Assembly: GCA_964576275.1 (NCBI GenBank)
Contig: CAZNUN010000003.1
Coordinates: 136,730-200,729, forward strand
Source of the DNA: an uncultured bacterium
Lineage (GTDB): Bacteria; Fidelibacterota; UBA2242
Length of the DNA: 64,000 nt
Direction of reading: 5' to 3'
A program made the position numbers and the translations under genes. The notes below the pieces were generated by a model, which did not search any database, was not told the DNA's origin, and was given only the letters and a program-made list of their open reading frames with translations. Position 1 is the first letter of the stretch. Every line of letters begins with the position of its first letter. Shown here in pieces: positions 19,213 to 29,387 of the stretch.

Positions 19213-21045
19213 ATGTTGCGGAGGGCGAGATTCTATGTTTTATATGGCATTTATTGGTTATTCATTTTTGTCATTATCCGGCTGCTTTTTCTGGTTTATA
19301 ATTTTCCCGAGTCCGCCAGTCTTGGGCCAATCGTCTGGTTAAAAACCTTCTGGCATGGTGCAGCTTTGGACATCTCAGCGGTGGGTTACATTTTGATCTT
19401 GCCATCACTTTTAATAATCGCGACGGCCTTTTACAGAAATGAAATTGTTTATCATTTTACCAGGATCTATACATTATTGCTCTTGGTAATAATCTGTTAC
19501 GCGGCTGTGGCGGATATGGTGATCTATGGTTACTGGGGATTTCGCTTCGATATTTCGGCGCTCTGGTATTTAAAGACACCCGATGAGGCCATGGCGTCGG
19601 TCGGCTGGCTGGAGATTCTCGGGCCTTCGGCAATTGGCACTGCGTTATGGTTGAGCTTTTGGTGGTTGTACCGGCGATTTGTGGCGGATGCTGCCCGACA
19701 TTGGGAACGTAGTTTATGGCAAGCGCCGCTAACCTTCAGCCTGATAATCCTGCTCTCGATCATCCCTATCCGCGGGGGGCTTGGGCTGGCGCCGAATAAT
19801 CTGGGACGAGTTTATTTTCACTCAAATATGTTTGCCAATCACGCTGCTATTAATCTGCCCTGGAATATTCTCTATTCGATAACTCAGAGAAAGAATCTGA
19901 ACCGCGAATATCGCTTCATGGCGGACGAAACGGCTCAGCAAAAGTTCGATTCATTATCAACCTCGGTTGGCGCGGTTAAACCGGTTTTAAGGATAAAAAG
20001 ACCAAATATCCTTATAATAATTCTGGAAAGTTTTACCGCGAAAGTGGTAGCTCCGGTCGGCGGTTTACCGGACGTGACCCCCAATCTGAATCAATTGTCC
20101 CGGGAAGGATTGTTGTTCACTAATTTTTACGCCTCCGGAGATCGCACCGATAAATGTATTGTGCCCATTCTAAGTGGTTATCCGGCACTGCCGCGCGGTC
20201 AGGTTATCAAGATGCACCGTAAGCTGGAAAGTTTACCGAATATTCTAAACGACCTGAGGAATGCTGATTATCAGACGGCCTTTTATTATGGAGGTGATAT
20301 TAATTTTGCCAATCTGAAATCGTATCTCCTGATGGGAAAAGTCGGCCGGCTGGTCACGATGCAGAATTTTCCCGACTCGACCTATAATGCCAAGTGGGGA
20401 GTTCACGATCATATTATGTTTGAGCGCTTGCTAACCGATCTGCGCTCGGCGGCAGAGCCGTTTTTCTATGTGTTCCTGACTCTAAGCAGTCATGAGCCTT
20501 TTGATGTGCCCGGACCGCCGGTTTGCGACACCAGCACAAAAGATGGCAAATTCATCAATTCGGTTTTCTATACGGATAAATGCCTGGGTGATTTTATCAG
20601 AGTCTCGAGACATGAGAAGTGGTGGAACAACACGCTGGTGGTTTTATTAGCCGATCACGGCGTAAGGATGATAGGGCGCTCGCCGAATTACGCTCCTGAA
20701 AAATTTAAAATCCCTATGTTATGGCTGGGAGGTGCACTCAACCTAAAGGGAGAGCAAATAGAGGCATTTGCCTCTCAGAACGATCTGGCAATCATGCTGC
20801 TGCATCAGCTCGGATTGGATGCCAGGGCTTATCCATTTTCTAAGGATGTTTTGTCTGCCGGAATCTTTCCTTATGCATTCTATACCTTCAATGACGGATT
20901 TGGCTTTCTGACCGAAAAATCGCAGGCGGTCTATAATAATCATAGTCAGAGCTTTATCCTGCTTGAACCGAAAGAAAGCCGCGAGGTGGCAGATTGGGGA
21001 AAGGCCTATTTACAGATTCTTTCTCAAGATTTTCTGCGGCGTTGA
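19213..21045 (+). CDS. LTA-synthase/sulfatase-family membrane protein (alkaline-phosphatase superfamily)
   Basis: GGAGGA RBS. The N-terminal half has 5 TM helices. The C-terminal sulfatase-like domain has 'ILIIILESFTAK' and 'SGDRTDKCIVPILSGYP'. Confidence 0.65.
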   Translation: MLRRARFYVLYGIYWLFIFVIIRLLFLVYNFPESASLGPIVWLKTFWHGAALDISAVGYILILPSLLIIATAFYRNEIVYHFTRIYTLLLLVIICYAAVADMVIYGYWGFRFDISALWYLKTPDEAMASVGWLEILGPSAIGTALWLSFWWLYRRFVADAARHWERSLWQAPLTFSLIILLSIIPIRGGLGLAPNNLGRVYFHSNMFANHAAINLPWNILYSITQRKNLNREYRFMADETAQQKFDSLSTSVGAVKPVLRIKRPNILIIILESFTAKVVAPVGGLPDVTPNLNQLSREGLLFTNFYASGDRTDKCIVPILSGYPALPRGQVIKMHRKLESLPNILNDLRNADYQTAFYYGGDINFANLKSYLLMGKVGRLVTMQNFPDSTYNAKWGVHDHIMFERLLTDLRSAAEPFFYVFLTLSSHEPFDVPGPPVCDTSTKDGKFINSVFYTDKCLGDFIRVSRHEKWWNNTLVVLLADHGVRMIGRSPNYAPEKFKIPMLWLGGALNLKGEQIEAFASQNDLAIMLLHQLGLDARAYPFSKDVLSAGIFPYAFYTFNDGFGFLTEKSQAVYNNHSQSFILLEPKESREVADWGKAYLQILSQDFLRR

Positions 21046-21160
21046 GTGGGTAAATTCAGGTTGAAAGTTTAAGATTACAGATTCATGATAAATTGCCGCT
21101 GACAGACGATAAATAAAAATAATTGAAAATCTTTTTTATCTGTCCAAATTTGCGGAGAGA

Positions 21161-21215
21161 CCGGGATTTCCCGCCGTTGGCGGGACTAATCCCGCCGCAG
21201 GCGGGGCGAACCCGG
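21161..21215. repeat. nested double-hairpin (cruciform-like) GC-rich structure
   Basis: An outer stem CCGGG pairs with CCCGG and encloses two hairpins, TCCCGCC-GTT-GGCGGGA (21169-21185) and TCCCGCC-GCA-GGCGGGG (21190-21206). The structure overlaps the last roughly 10 codons of the GIY-YIG ORF. Confidence 0.6.
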
Positions 21216-21455
21216 GGGATTGATTAATTTTCTGAATGCTTCACCGCCTTTATATGACTTAATTTCCAGTTCGCGTTTTTTGGCTTGCTGGATTGTGTTG
21301 AATTCTTCGCGATAGACGATTCGGAGCGGAATTCGATGTTTCAGGGATCTTGTTTTTCCGGAATTATGCTGGCGGAGACGTTTATCCATATCTGAAGTGT
21401 AACCGATGTAATAACCGCCATCTTTCTCACTCTGAAGAATATAGACCCAGTACAT
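21186..21455 (-). CDS. GIY-YIG nuclease family protein (UPF0213-like)
   Basis: 'MYWVYILQSEKDGGYYIGYTSDMDKRLRQHNSG' is a classic GIY-(10)-YIG motif followed by the R..H..G core. Length 89 aa. The gene starts 4 nt from the tRNA 3' end. Confidence 0.7.
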   Translation of the reverse strand: MYWVYILQSEKDGGYYIGYTSDMDKRLRQHNSGKTRSLKHRIPLRIVYREEFNTIQQAKKRELEIKSYKGGEAFRKLINPPGSPRLRRD

Positions 21456-21458
21456 TTG

Positions 21459-21548
21459 CGGAGAGACAGGGATTCGAACCCTGGGTACCGCTTTTGGCAG
21501 TACAACTGCTTAGCAGGCAGCTGCCTTCAGCCGCTCGGCCATCTCTCC
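21459..21548 (-). tRNA. tRNA-Ser (anticodon GCT)
   Basis: The minus-strand read is GGAGAGATGGCCGAGCGGCTGAAGGCAGCTGCCTGCTAAGCAGT...CCAGGGTTCGAATCCCTGTCTCTCCG. It has a 7-bp acceptor stem, anticodon loop CTGCTAA, a long variable arm, and a GTTCGAATC T-loop. No CCA is encoded. Confidence 0.85.
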
Positions 21549-21629
21549 AGTTAAAATCAGGTCTATTAAAAAACCGGGTGAATTTATAGAATTAATTCTT
21601 TAAATTCAAATTACAATTTGGAGGTGTAT

Positions 21630-23444
21630 ATGAGTTCTTGGGTTATTTCACACAGATTTTTTAATAGCGTCAAGCAATTTGCGGATAAACCAGCCCTGTT
21701 GTCCAAAGTGGCCGGGAAATATCGCCCCGTGCTGTACCGTGAATTGGGCGATATTGTCAGAAATATCGCTCTGGCACTTGATTCCTGGGGAATTCGGAAG
21801 GGCGACCGGGTTTCCATTTTATCTGAGAACCGGGAAGAATGGATCATGTCTGACATGGCCAATCAGTCCATTGGAGCCATCTCGGTGCCGATCTATCCGA
21901 CCTTGGTGATCAATCAGGTTGAAGAATTACTGAAACATTCCGAGCCGCGGGTAATATTCGTATCCAATGGACTACTGCTAAAAAAGGCATTGGCGACCGG
22001 CTATCAGTTTGAACATATTGTAATCTATAAGGCCGATTCGGATCTACCGCAAGCTATGGCGTTGGCGGAAATGTGCGCCGTCGGGCAGAAAATTGCCGAA
22101 AGCAATCCGGAAGCATTTGAGTCTCTCCTCAATGCAGTAGAGCCCGAAGATATCGCCTGTATAAATTATACCTCAGGCACAACCGGTGTTCCGAAGGGCG
22201 TATTGTTGACCCATAAAAATTTCGTTGTTGACGTTGATAACAGTGTCGGCATTATGCAAATGGTACCCGAAGATTGTTTCCTGTCTTTTCTGCCATTAAG
22301 CCATGTGCTGGAACGTATGGGAGGATATTACGTCCCGATGTTGGTTGGAGCCACAATCGGATTCGCCGAAAGCATCGAGAAAGTGGTGGAAAATATGGCC
22401 GAGGTTCAGCCGACGATCGTAGTCAGCGCCCCGCGCCTGTTCGAAAAAATTTATGCTACGGTCATGTCAGGCATCGAATCCGGCTCCGCAATAAAAAAGA
22501 AAATCTTTTTCTGGGCCTTGAAAGCCGGAAAAGCCCGTATGTATTCGTATATCAACAAAACTCCGCTGACTGGCTGGCAAAAAAGAAAAATCAAGATTGC
22601 CGACAAGCTAGTTTTTAGCAAACTGCAGAATAAAACCGGCGGAAGAATCACCAGATTTGTTTCCGGCGGAGCGCCGCTATCGAAGGAAATTGCTGAATTT
22701 CTGTTTTCGGCCGGATTGCCGGTTCTGGAGGGCTATGGCCTGACCGAAACCAGTCCGGTGATCACCTTAAACGGTCCCGGCAAGGTACGGCTTGGCTCGG
22801 TGGGCGTCGCCATTCCGGAAACGGAATTTAAGATCGCCGAAGATAATGAAATCCTAGTGCGTGGCCCGCAAGTTATGAAAGGGTACTACAAGAATGAATC
22901 CGCCACCAGCGAAGTGATTGATGCCGACGGCTTTTTACATACTGGCGACATCGGTTATTTTGACGCCGACGGATTTCTGTTCATTACCGACCGTAAGAAA
23001 AATATCCTGATCACGGCCGGTGGAAAAAATGTAGCCCCGCAGCCCATCGAAGATGCCATTAAACTCAGTCCATATATCACGGAAGCCATTTTATTCGGCG
23101 ACCGGCGCAGCTATGTAGTCGCCCTCGTGACCCTGGACCAGAATAACGTAAAAAAATGGGCTGAAACCCAACATTTGCCATTTGATTCCTACTCCGAGTT
23201 TGTCAAGCGGCCGGAGCTGTATGCTCTGATTGAAGCCGAAATTGAAAGACAAACCGCGCACTTTTCCCGCTTCGAAAAAGTTAAAAAATTCCGGATCATT
23301 CCGAATGATTTCACTATAGATACCGGCGAACTTACTCCCTCGCTGAAAGTCAGGAAAAAAGTGGTCGCAGAAAAGTACGCCGATCTGATTGATGAAATGT
23401 ATCTGGAACAAAGTCCCGGACAAACAACCGATTCTCTCGCATAA
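21630..23444 (+). CDS. long-chain-fatty-acid--CoA ligase (AMP-dependent synthetase)
   Basis: GGAGG 5 nt before ATG 21630. AMP-binding motif 'INYTSGTTGVPKGVLLTH'. 'GYGLTE' and 'TGDIGYFDADGFLFITDRKK' motifs. Confidence 0.8.
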   Translation: MSSWVISHRFFNSVKQFADKPALLSKVAGKYRPVLYRELGDIVRNIALALDSWGIRKGDRVSILSENREEWIMSDMANQSIGAISVPIYPTLVINQVEELLKHSEPRVIFVSNGLLLKKALATGYQFEHIVIYKADSDLPQAMALAEMCAVGQKIAESNPEAFESLLNAVEPEDIACINYTSGTTGVPKGVLLTHKNFVVDVDNSVGIMQMVPEDCFLSFLPLSHVLERMGGYYVPMLVGATIGFAESIEKVVENMAEVQPTIVVSAPRLFEKIYATVMSGIESGSAIKKKIFFWALKAGKARMYSYINKTPLTGWQKRKIKIADKLVFSKLQNKTGGRITRFVSGGAPLSKEIAEFLFSAGLPVLEGYGLTETSPVITLNGPGKVRLGSVGVAIPETEFKIAEDNEILVRGPQVMKGYYKNESATSEVIDADGFLHTGDIGYFDADGFLFITDRKKNILITAGGKNVAPQPIEDAIKLSPYITEAILFGDRRSYVVALVTLDQNNVKKWAETQHLPFDSYSEFVKRPELYALIEAEIERQTAHFSRFEKVKKFRIIPNDFTIDTGELTPSLKVRKKVVAEKYADLIDEMYLEQSPGQTTDSLA

Positions 23445-23610
23445 AGATCCTTTTCGAAAACCGGCAGTTCGATTTTCGGATTTGAAAGCCCTCAGATAAA
23501 TTGTCCGGAACAATCGGGGTAGGCGCCGATTAAATATTTTTGTGGACGAACCTTACGATATTGGAGAATTACATCCGTGTGGATAAATTTACCCGAAATT
23601 AAGGATTTTA

Positions 23611-26600
23611 TTGAAGAAGGCTGTTAAAATATCAATTTTAGGAATTGTGCTGCTGTTTTTTATCATCAGCGCCGCCGGTTTTTTAATACTGAAGACCGAT
23701 ACCTGGAAGAAAATTTTATTCGGTTATGTCAACAGCCAACTGAGCCAGCGCTTCAATATGCGCCTCGAATCCGAAGGATTGAGTGGCAATCTGTTCTATA
23801 ATCTCAGTTTTGATCGACTCACTTTGGTAAATCTCAATCAGACCGAACTGGTTACGATGTCAGGAGTAAGCCTGACCTATAATTTAAAATCATTGATCAG
23901 TTTCGGACATTTGATCCACCGGTTGAGAATCGACAGTCTCGCATTTTCCTATCCGGACGGTATCGATTCATTAATAGCCTGTCTTCCCGAAAAAACCGAT
24001 ACTCTGGCCCCGAAGGTTCATTTTAATCTGCAGAGCCTGAGCGTCAATCACTGGAACGTTACCGACAGCCATAACTCCGGTCAGATGATATTTATCGGCG
24101 ATTCCCTTAAAGCTTCGCTGACAATCGCTCCTGATACTATCGCCGCCCGGCTCGTTTCTCTGCATGGCTATCTGCCGGGTATTGGGGAGCACTTCAGAAT
24201 TAACGACGCGAATCTCGCCCTGGCAGGCGGCGCTTTAGTTATCAGGAATTGCCGGTTGCACAATCAGGGAGCGCTGGCCGAGATTAACGGGCTGGCTCTG
24301 CTAGAACGACCGTTCGCCAGTCGATTAGATCTGCGGCTCACCAATTTTCATCCCGGCGAAAAATTGCCTGGTTTGGAGGCGGTTTTTCAAAAGAGCGATC
24401 ATTTTAATCTCCGTGGGCAAGTTGAAACCCGGGGCAAATCCATCGCTCTAGACGTGGGTTTTTCCGGTCAATGGCGCGGACGGAATTTGAGTGACGGCCG
24501 CATTGCCGGTAAGATCGACGGTTCGCAGGTGGATATATCCAAAATAGCTTTTAAATCCGCGGCAGAGAAATTTGCGGGCGATATCCATGGACGGCTCGGA
24601 GCGCAACTGATCGCCAACTTAAAATTTGTGGGGATCGATGCATTTTCATGGGGAATATCTTCAGCTAAAACCAATCTTCAGGGTGATGTGCGTTTGACCC
24701 TGGAAGGTTCTTTTAGTGATATCGATCAGGTTACCGCGTTTATTGATCTTCAGGAAAGCAAAATCGCACCGCTGGAATTCAATCGGGTCAAAGGTGAGTT
24801 GGTTTATAAAGACGGATTCCTGGCTATAGTGGATACGTTCAAATGTCTCTTGGGTGAAACCAAAGTAGAATTAGAAGGCGGCGCCGATCTGAAAGGCAAG
24901 ACGGTTGACGCCCGGGCCTATTTTTCGGCCGTCAATGCCAACCTGTTGTCGTCCGTATTAAAAATCGATACACTGGTCGGTACGGTGGATGGATTTGTGG
25001 AAGCTACCGGGGCCTTGACCGCGCCTGACCTGCGCGGCTGGTTCCGGGGCGATCAGTTCGGCTTGCCAAACCTTAAATTTGAGGAAAGCGTCGCCCGTTT
25101 TGGTCTGGTTAATATCCGGGAACAGAAATACGGCGATATTTTTATCGAAGCGACCAATTGCCAAACTAATCTGATTCCCGAGACCGTGCCGTTAACCTCG
25201 CTGATCGTGCGCTTTGAAGGAGACACGACCGTAGTGCAGATGTTTAAAGCCGTTGGTGCTAACCTGGATTTGGAAATCCGGGGCAATATCGTTCATTATA
25301 CCGATTTTAACCTGAACAGCATTCGAATTACCCGCAGTGGTAATGTACTTGAGAACGTCGATCCAATTTATTTTTCGTGGAAACAGGACACAATCGCCCT
25401 TGAAGCCGTCCGATTCCGTCTGAATGAAGGCCTGCTGGTAGCTTCAGGGCGAGCGGTAAAAGGCCGGCTGGAAAACGCCCGAATTGCTCTCCGTGATCTG
25501 TCTATCGAACCGTTTAACGCTTTCATCAGGGGAGCTCGGGGAGTACGCGGTATTCTGGCCGGGGAAGTAGCTTTTGAACATAATGGACAGGGCCCGCAAT
25601 TTAGCGGGGAATTAGGCCTGAAAGACGCCCGTTTGGTCGGGCAGGTCTTTAAAGATATAAGCCTTAAAGGCCGGGTGAATTCCCATCATTTATGGGTTGA
25701 TAAACTTGTAGTGCAGGATGGCGAGAACGGCCTGATCCGTGGGCATGGTTTAATCACCTGTGATCTGTATGCCGCCGACAAGCGGGCAATTTTCAACGCT
25801 ACGGATTCGGTTGCCCTGACTCTCGATTTAACCCGTTTTGACATGGAAGTCTTCGACAATTATTTATTAAAAAACATCAAGCTCGACGGAGCGGTTTCCG
25901 GACAGATAAGTATCTATAATTATCTGAACGACCCGCGGATGAATTATGATCTGGCGATAAGCAATCCGGTTTTCGACAAACTGACTGGTAAGGAAATGAC
26001 TTTTAAGGGACTTTACCAGGGCAATCGCCTCTCATTTACTGAAGCTACCCTGACAACCCCATATGGAGTTACCCGCGGGCGGGGATATCTGCCCTATGCG
26101 GTCAGCTTTGTACCAGGGCGCTTTGCCATTTTACAGGATGCGCCGCTTAGTATGAATTTTTCTATGAAGACCAGCGAACTGGATTTTCTGACTGCTTATT
26201 TGGATGCTGCCGAAGAAATTAGTGGTGATTTCAATCTGGCAATGAGCGTTTCCGGTACACCCGCCCACCCGATTCGGGCTGGTAATCTATCCGCCAAGGA
26301 CGCAATCATTACCATCAGCGCTATCGAAAATCCAATCACGGGGGTAAGCGGAAGCGCCGTCATGGAAAACAATCGCCTGGAAATCATTTCGCTCACCGGC
26401 TATCTGAAGAAACCACATTCCCCTAACGGCTCCGCCAGCTTTAAGGATAAATTCAAAGCCGTTACCTGGGATGTACTCTTTCCGCCTCAGGTTGCGGAGG
26501 ATTTGCCCAATCTGACGATCAGTGGAGGAATCGATTTTACCGAATTTTTCCGCCCGCGCTATGATATTACCTTAAAAGGCGAGGAACTCTATTTACGCAC

Positions 26601-27534
26601 TTTGCTGGCCGAGCAGGAAGGGGTGGTCACCGGTTCGTTTACTATGACCGGTCGTGATTCGATTTTATATGAAGGCGAGGTTGAGGTTGAGGATTTCATA
26701 ATACGGAATGAATTTGCTGGCCGCGAGGAAGTCATCCAGAACAATAAACCATCTAAATTTTATTCGGCGGTTAATTTACATCTGATTATTCCCGGAAGTC
26801 TTCAGTTTAAAAACGCTCAGCTGGACGGTGACCTGGATGGTGAAATGTGGATCATCCGCAATGGCGATGAACCCTATCGCTTTTCTGGCACGTTGGATAT
26901 TCTCGACGGCAGCTTCTATTATTACGGCTGGGAGTTTGAAGTGGTCAGCGGTTCGATCAGTTTTGATCCGATTGAATTCAATCCGACTTTGGACATCGAA
27001 GCCCAGGTCGACCTCGCGGCCTATGGTATGGCTGACACGACGTCGTCTTCATCCGGTGAGAGTGAGCTGGTAACGGTTTATCTGACCGGTTACTTAGATA
27101 ATCCCAGCCTCGAATTCGAGTCGGCCAATTATTCCCAGAGCGACATATTGATGTTTCTATCCCGCGCCCAAAATATCGGTTCCGAGACTACCGGTCAGGA
27201 TCAGCTATCCGCCAGCGCCGCCAATGTTGTCGGCTCCTGGTTCGAGCGACAGATCGAACGCAATATCGGCCGGATGGCAGGGCTGGACGATTTCGAACTG
27301 CGCACCAACGGTAATCTTTTATCATCCAATCCCACTACTGATCAGTGGAGTGTCGTCCTCGGACGCAAGCTGGCCTCCAATTTATACGTTAAATATGAGC
27401 GTACATTTTCATTGGTCGAACCCAATCAGCAGTTCGGTCTGGAATACCGCCTGAATCGGAATATGTCAATTGCGGGAGATGTCGACCAGGAAGGTCTGCT
27501 CAGCATTAATTATCGCTACAAGTATCGCTATTGA
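23611..27534 (+). CDS. TamB-like translocation/assembly module protein (DUF490 C-terminus)
   Basis: TTG start with AAGGA RBS. N-terminal TM anchor, a roughly 1300-aa beta-rich body, and a C-terminal DUF490-like region '...LGRKLASNLYVKYERTF...GLEYRLNRNMSIAGDVD'. Confidence 0.65.
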   Translation: MKKAVKISILGIVLLFFIISAAGFLILKTDTWKKILFGYVNSQLSQRFNMRLESEGLSGNLFYNLSFDRLTLVNLNQTELVTMSGVSLTYNLKSLISFGHLIHRLRIDSLAFSYPDGIDSLIACLPEKTDTLAPKVHFNLQSLSVNHWNVTDSHNSGQMIFIGDSLKASLTIAPDTIAARLVSLHGYLPGIGEHFRINDANLALAGGALVIRNCRLHNQGALAEINGLALLERPFASRLDLRLTNFHPGEKLPGLEAVFQKSDHFNLRGQVETRGKSIALDVGFSGQWRGRNLSDGRIAGKIDGSQVDISKIAFKSAAEKFAGDIHGRLGAQLIANLKFVGIDAFSWGISSAKTNLQGDVRLTLEGSFSDIDQVTAFIDLQESKIAPLEFNRVKGELVYKDGFLAIVDTFKCLLGETKVELEGGADLKGKTVDARAYFSAVNANLLSSVLKIDTLVGTVDGFVEATGALTAPDLRGWFRGDQFGLPNLKFEESVARFGLVNIREQKYGDIFIEATNCQTNLIPETVPLTSLIVRFEGDTTVVQMFKAVGANLDLEIRGNIVHYTDFNLNSIRITRSGNVLENVDPIYFSWKQDTIALEAVRFRLNEGLLVASGRAVKGRLENARIALRDLSIEPFNAFIRGARGVRGILAGEVAFEHNGQGPQFSGELGLKDARLVGQVFKDISLKGRVNSHHLWVDKLVVQDGENGLIRGHGLITCDLYAADKRAIFNATDSVALTLDLTRFDMEVFDNYLLKNIKLDGAVSGQISIYNYLNDPRMNYDLAISNPVFDKLTGKEMTFKGLYQGNRLSFTEATLTTPYGVTRGRGYLPYAVSFVPGRFAILQDAPLSMNFSMKTSELDFLTAYLDAAEEISGDFNLAMSVSGTPAHPIRAGNLSAKDAIITISAIENPITGVSGSAVMENNRLEIISLTGYLKKPHSPNGSASFKDKFKAVTWDVLFPPQVAEDLPNLTISGGIDFTEFFRPRYDITLKGEELYLRTLLAEQEGVVTGSFTMTGRDSILYEGEVEVEDFIIRNEFAGREEVIQNNKPSKFYSAVNLHLIIPGSLQFKNAQLDGDLDGEMWIIRNGDEPYRFSGTLDILDGSFYYYGWEFEVVSGSISFDPIEFNPTLDIEAQVDLAAYGMADTTSSSSGESELVTVYLTGYLDNPSLEFESANYSQSDILMFLSRAQNIGSETTGQDQLSASAANVVGSWFERQIERNIGRMAGLDDFELRTNGNLLSSNPTTDQWSVVLGRKLASNLYVKYERTFSLVEPNQQFGLEYRLNRNMSIAGDVDQEGLLSINYRYKYRY

Positions 27535-29375
27535 GAATCCTGCCAAGTAAAATCCAATTCCTGACACTTATCATATTTGCAGTCATCTTTCTCTGGATAG
27601 CTCCGGCGTTCCCGAAAAGTGAATTCCAGGCGACCGAGTATCATGTCGATCAAATTAGCCTGAGTGGAAATAAACACTTCTCAACCCGCAAACTTAAACG
27701 ACAGATCAATCTGAGAGAAAAACGGTTCTGGCGCAATCAGACCTTTACCCGCAGGCTGCTGGAGCTGGACAGACTCACGCTGGAGTCAATCTATGTCAAA
27801 CAAGGGTATCTCTACTGCTCCGTTACCGATTCGTTTGCCGTTCACTCCGGTAACCGGGTGGATGTATTCTTTAAAATTGATGAGGGTCAGACCTTTAATC
27901 TCAAAGAGGTCGTGATCCGGGGAAATGAATCGCTGAGCGAGAAAAAGATCCTCAGCCTGCTGGATCATAAAACCGGTCAGCCTTATAATCCGATCCAGAT
28001 TCGCAACGGCATAAAATCAATTTACAACGAATACGCCAATATCGGACGGCCGCTGACAACGGTAACGGATTCGCTGGAAGCCAATCACGGCATCCGATTG
28101 TTCCTGACCGTCAAAGAATCCAATCCGATTCGGATAAATCAGGTAAATATTTTCAATAATAAATTAGTGAAAGAGAAACCTATCCGGCGCGAAATGGTGC
28201 TCAAGCCGGGCGATCTGTATTCCCTGAAAAAACTCGACCTGTCAAAACGACATATCTATGAAACCGGTCTTTTTTCCAGCGTCAACATTCGCCTGGCGGA
28301 TGTGGATACGGTTCTCAATAAAGTCAATCTAGCAGTCGATGTGCGCGAACTTGATATGCGCTACCTGAATATGGATTTTGGATTAGGCCAGGATCGTGGT
28401 CTGAAAGAAGGAGGCGAACCATATACTTCCCTGGAAGCATCTGGTCAATGGCTACATCGCAACATCGCCGGCCGCGGCAGTCGCTTGAGTTTGCAGGTGG
28501 ATGCGTCTCTTAATCTGATCGAAAGCCTGACCCGGCCTTACCTGGCAGCGGAAGTATCCTGGATTGAACCCTGGCTGCTCGGCTTTCGGTCTTCCAGTAC
28601 ATTTACATTATTTACCAAGTATCAGCAACTGGGCACTGATTCCTCACAGACAAATTATGGTGGAGAAACCGCCCTGATCTACCAACCCGAGCGGCGTATC
28701 TATCTGAAAATTGGTTTTTCGATGCAAACGGTTAATGCTGATTATCCACAGCAATCTACTTCGGATCGTGAACGGGCTGTCAGTTTGTCATTTAGCCGGG
28801 ATTTCCGGGATAATTTTCTTTTTCCGAAGCATGGTACCTATTTTACAACAACGGGGAAAATCGGCTCGATTATCGGCAGCGCCGGCGATTACTATAAGAT
28901 CGAAACGACCTTTTGTCAGTATCTTAATCCGATCGGGCCAATAGTACTGGCTTACCGTGCCAAAGCCGGCCTGATGAATCCGCTCGTGGCTGGTGAATCG
29001 ACCCCGCAGTATGAGAAATTTTACCTCGGCGGTACGTCCAGTCTGCGAGGATGGGGTGAGAGTCGCCTATATACTTCCAATGGTGAAGAGGATGGAGACC
29101 CGCTCGGTAACAATCTCAAAGTTCTTACCACGGCTGAAATCCGTTTTCCGCTATTTTGGTTGTTGGGCGGCGAAATATTTTTAGATGGCGGCAACCTGGT
29201 TTCTGACTTTTCAACGCTTACAGATATGACATATCGCTGGGATGCCGGAATTGGCCTGACCCTTGCTACTCCTTTAGGTCCGATAAGGATTGACTATGCG
29301 AAGAAACTTAACCCTACCCAGGATGAAGAAAATAATCTTTGGCATTTTCAATTTGGAATCCCATATGCTTTCTAA
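27531..29375 (+). CDS. Omp85-family outer membrane protein (TamA/BamA-like; POTRA + beta-barrel)
   Basis: Overlaps the tamB-like stop by 4 nt. Signal peptide, POTRA-like N-terminal repeats, a C-terminal barrel ending 'FQFGIPYAF', and a Bac_surface_Ag-like 'LGGTSSLRGW' motif. Confidence 0.7.
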   Translation: MRILPSKIQFLTLIIFAVIFLWIAPAFPKSEFQATEYHVDQISLSGNKHFSTRKLKRQINLREKRFWRNQTFTRRLLELDRLTLESIYVKQGYLYCSVTDSFAVHSGNRVDVFFKIDEGQTFNLKEVVIRGNESLSEKKILSLLDHKTGQPYNPIQIRNGIKSIYNEYANIGRPLTTVTDSLEANHGIRLFLTVKESNPIRINQVNIFNNKLVKEKPIRREMVLKPGDLYSLKKLDLSKRHIYETGLFSSVNIRLADVDTVLNKVNLAVDVRELDMRYLNMDFGLGQDRGLKEGGEPYTSLEASGQWLHRNIAGRGSRLSLQVDASLNLIESLTRPYLAAEVSWIEPWLLGFRSSSTFTLFTKYQQLGTDSSQTNYGGETALIYQPERRIYLKIGFSMQTVNADYPQQSTSDRERAVSLSFSRDFRDNFLFPKHGTYFTTTGKIGSIIGSAGDYYKIETTFCQYLNPIGPIVLAYRAKAGLMNPLVAGESTPQYEKFYLGGTSSLRGWGESRLYTSNGEEDGDPLGNNLKVLTTAEIRFPLFWLLGGEIFLDGGNLVSDFSTLTDMTYRWDAGIGLTLATPLGPIRIDYAKKLNPTQDEENNLWHFQFGIPYAF

Positions 29376-29387
29376 GGAGTGAATGGT

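Larger units (their letters stand above)
21148..21474 (-). mobile_element. putative mini-insertion at 3' end of tRNA-Ser: GIY-YIG gene flanked by 21-bp direct repeats
   Basis: ATTTGCGGAGAGACCGGGATT (21148-21168) matches ATTTGCGGAGAGACAGGGATT (21454-21474) at 20/21 positions. The second copy includes the last 16 nt of tRNA-Ser plus 5 nt downstream. The roughly 285 bp between them contains only the GIY-YIG ORF. Confidence 0.4.

Noticed and set aside
21161-21215. GC-rich CCCGCC/GGCGGG repeats considered as a CRISPR or REP array
   Set aside because: There are only two hairpin units nested in one outer stem, with no spacer periodicity and no cas genes. It is better explained as a structured element at the GIY-YIG insertion boundary.
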